DNA from: Glaucostegus cemiculus
Lineage: Eukaryota
DNA length: 64,000 nt
Direction of reading: 5' to 3'
Assembly (NCBI GenBank): GCA_976551045.1
Contig: CDPCPM010000180.1
Span: forward strand, 1-64,000
Under the pieces are notes generated by a model, which saw only the letters and a list, made by a program, of their open reading frames with translations, searched no databases and was not told where the DNA came from. The position numbers were made by a program, and so were the translations under genes. Shown piece after piece: positions 62,686 to 64,000 of the stretch; within the stretch, counting starts at the first letter, position 1; every line of letters begins with the position of its first letter.

Positions 62686-63439
62686 GTTTGTTGACAAGTG
62701 GCCAACATTCAACCATGATGACAATGTGATCAAATTTTAATTAGGGTTGAAAAGGAGTATAAAACATTAAGAATCTGGATAATGTTTGGACTAACTTTTA
62801 TTGGGGTAAGGTGGAAACTGATGGCAGCAAGCTCGCTAAGATGTCATCAAGTTGACTTGAACAAGGTGTCCAAGAAAGATTTCTTACCACAGCAGTTATT
62901 GATGCCACTACAAAGTGAAAGGTTTGCTTCTCAAGCAAATGTGCTATGGGTAGAAAAGAGATGCAAATTAACAGAATTGAGGTAAAAGGCATTAAAAGCT
63001 TTAATAGATAATGTAGATCCAGAGGACATGAAGGAATGTCGAGCAAAGCACTGAAAATAGATGGTAAAAGTTACAGAAAATAACATGAAGAAACACACAA
63101 GGGATATCCAGATTTTTTACAATACATACAACAATGTAGGCCCATGTAAAAATGCAGGTAATATTGCAAATGAAAATAAGGAAATGACAGATTTTTGAAT
63201 AGTTACCTAGTATTACATTAAGGGGCTATTGGCTTACTAAGGTTTACAGAATCTTTTGTATGTCAGTTAGAGAGAAGCTTTTTCTACTGTTGGTCTCGTC
63301 AAGAACAACAGACCATAATTTTAATGTCAAGGCTAGGCCATTTCGAGAGAAACTGAGAAATGCATTTTGTGGAAAGTGCAGTTACCACTGAAACTGTTTC
63401 TTAGAAAAGCAGAGGCTACTAACTCAATAATGTTAAATT

Positions 63440-64000
63440 TGGTAAATTGGTTTATTATTGTCATACGTACTGAGCTATAGTGAAAAGCTTTGTTTTGCAT
63501 GCCGTCCATACAGATCATTTCACCACATCAGGATATGGAGGGAGAATAAGGGAACAGCAATAACAGAATGCAAATGCAGAATAAAGTGTCACAGTTACAG
63601 GAAAAAGTGCAGTGCAGGTAGATAATAAGGTGCAAGGGTCATGATGAGGTAGATTGTGAGGTTAAGAGTCCATTTTATTGTACAAGAGGACAATTCAATA
63701 GTCTTACAAGAGCAGGATAGAAGCTGTCCTTGAGCCTGGTGGTACGTGTTTCCAGGCTTTTGTATCTTCTGCCTGATGGGGGGGGGGGGGGGGGGAAGAA
63801 GAGAGAATGTCTGGGGTGGGGGGTTGATTATGTTGGCTGCTTTACTGAGGCACCGAGGAGCGTAGACAGAGTCCATGGAGAGGAGACTGGTTTCTGTGAC
63901 ATGCTGAGCTGAGTCCACAACTCTCTGCAGTTCCTTGTGGTCTCAGGCAGAGCAGTTGCCGTACCAAGCTGTGATGCATCCAGATAGGATGCTTGCTTAT
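63440..64000 (-). mobile_element. Rex1/Babar-type LINE 3' fragment (continues beyond the window)
   Basis: Paralogous to 61611-62094; MDSAQHVTETSLLSMDSVYAPRCLSKAANII. Confidence 0.85.

Noticed and set aside
1-64000. CRISPR arrays, prokaryotic operons, rRNA or bona fide tRNA genes
   Set aside because: No regularly spaced repeat-spacer array or rRNA motif was seen. tRNA-like A/B boxes occur only as SINE heads, and the sequence is vertebrate intronic DNA.
27098-64000. Next SKAP2 exon (start of the PH domain, AAQDLP..LKAGYLEKRRK-like)
   Set aside because: Not found by eye in the remaining 37 kb; probably beyond the window, though a short exon could have been missed.

Overview
Eukaryotic, AT-rich vertebrate genomic DNA. 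The repeat content (CR1, L2, RTE and Rex1/Babar LINEs, Penelope-like elements, V-SINE-type SINEs) points to a cartilaginous fish, probably a ray or shark; this is an inference. The window lies inside a + strand SKAP-family gene, best matching SKAP2, the gene that flanks HoxA in gnathostomes. Three short coding exons are visible (8235-8340, 9936-9961, 26999-27097); exon 1 and the PH/SH3 exons were not found and probably lie outside the window. Almost all tracked ORFs are transposon fragments or spurious. The standout is a 2172-bp Gypsy-derived element at 21185-23356 whose two LTRs are INVERTED. It has 829-bp arms with no mismatch seen in the segments compared, a 4-bp GTAT target-site duplication, a perfect tRNA-Pro PBS, an internally deleted gag-like ORF and no PPT. 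The inner boundary of the inverted copy falls exactly at the primer junction. Also present: decayed hammerhead-ribozyme motifs in Penelope termini, a recurring set of fold-back hairpins, a pre-miRNA-like hairpin, and repeat-poor intronic blocks with CTCF, nuclear-receptor (IR0, DR5) and PBX-HOX motifs that are candidate HoxA-landscape enhancers. Repeat boundaries other than those with explicit junction evidence are approximate.
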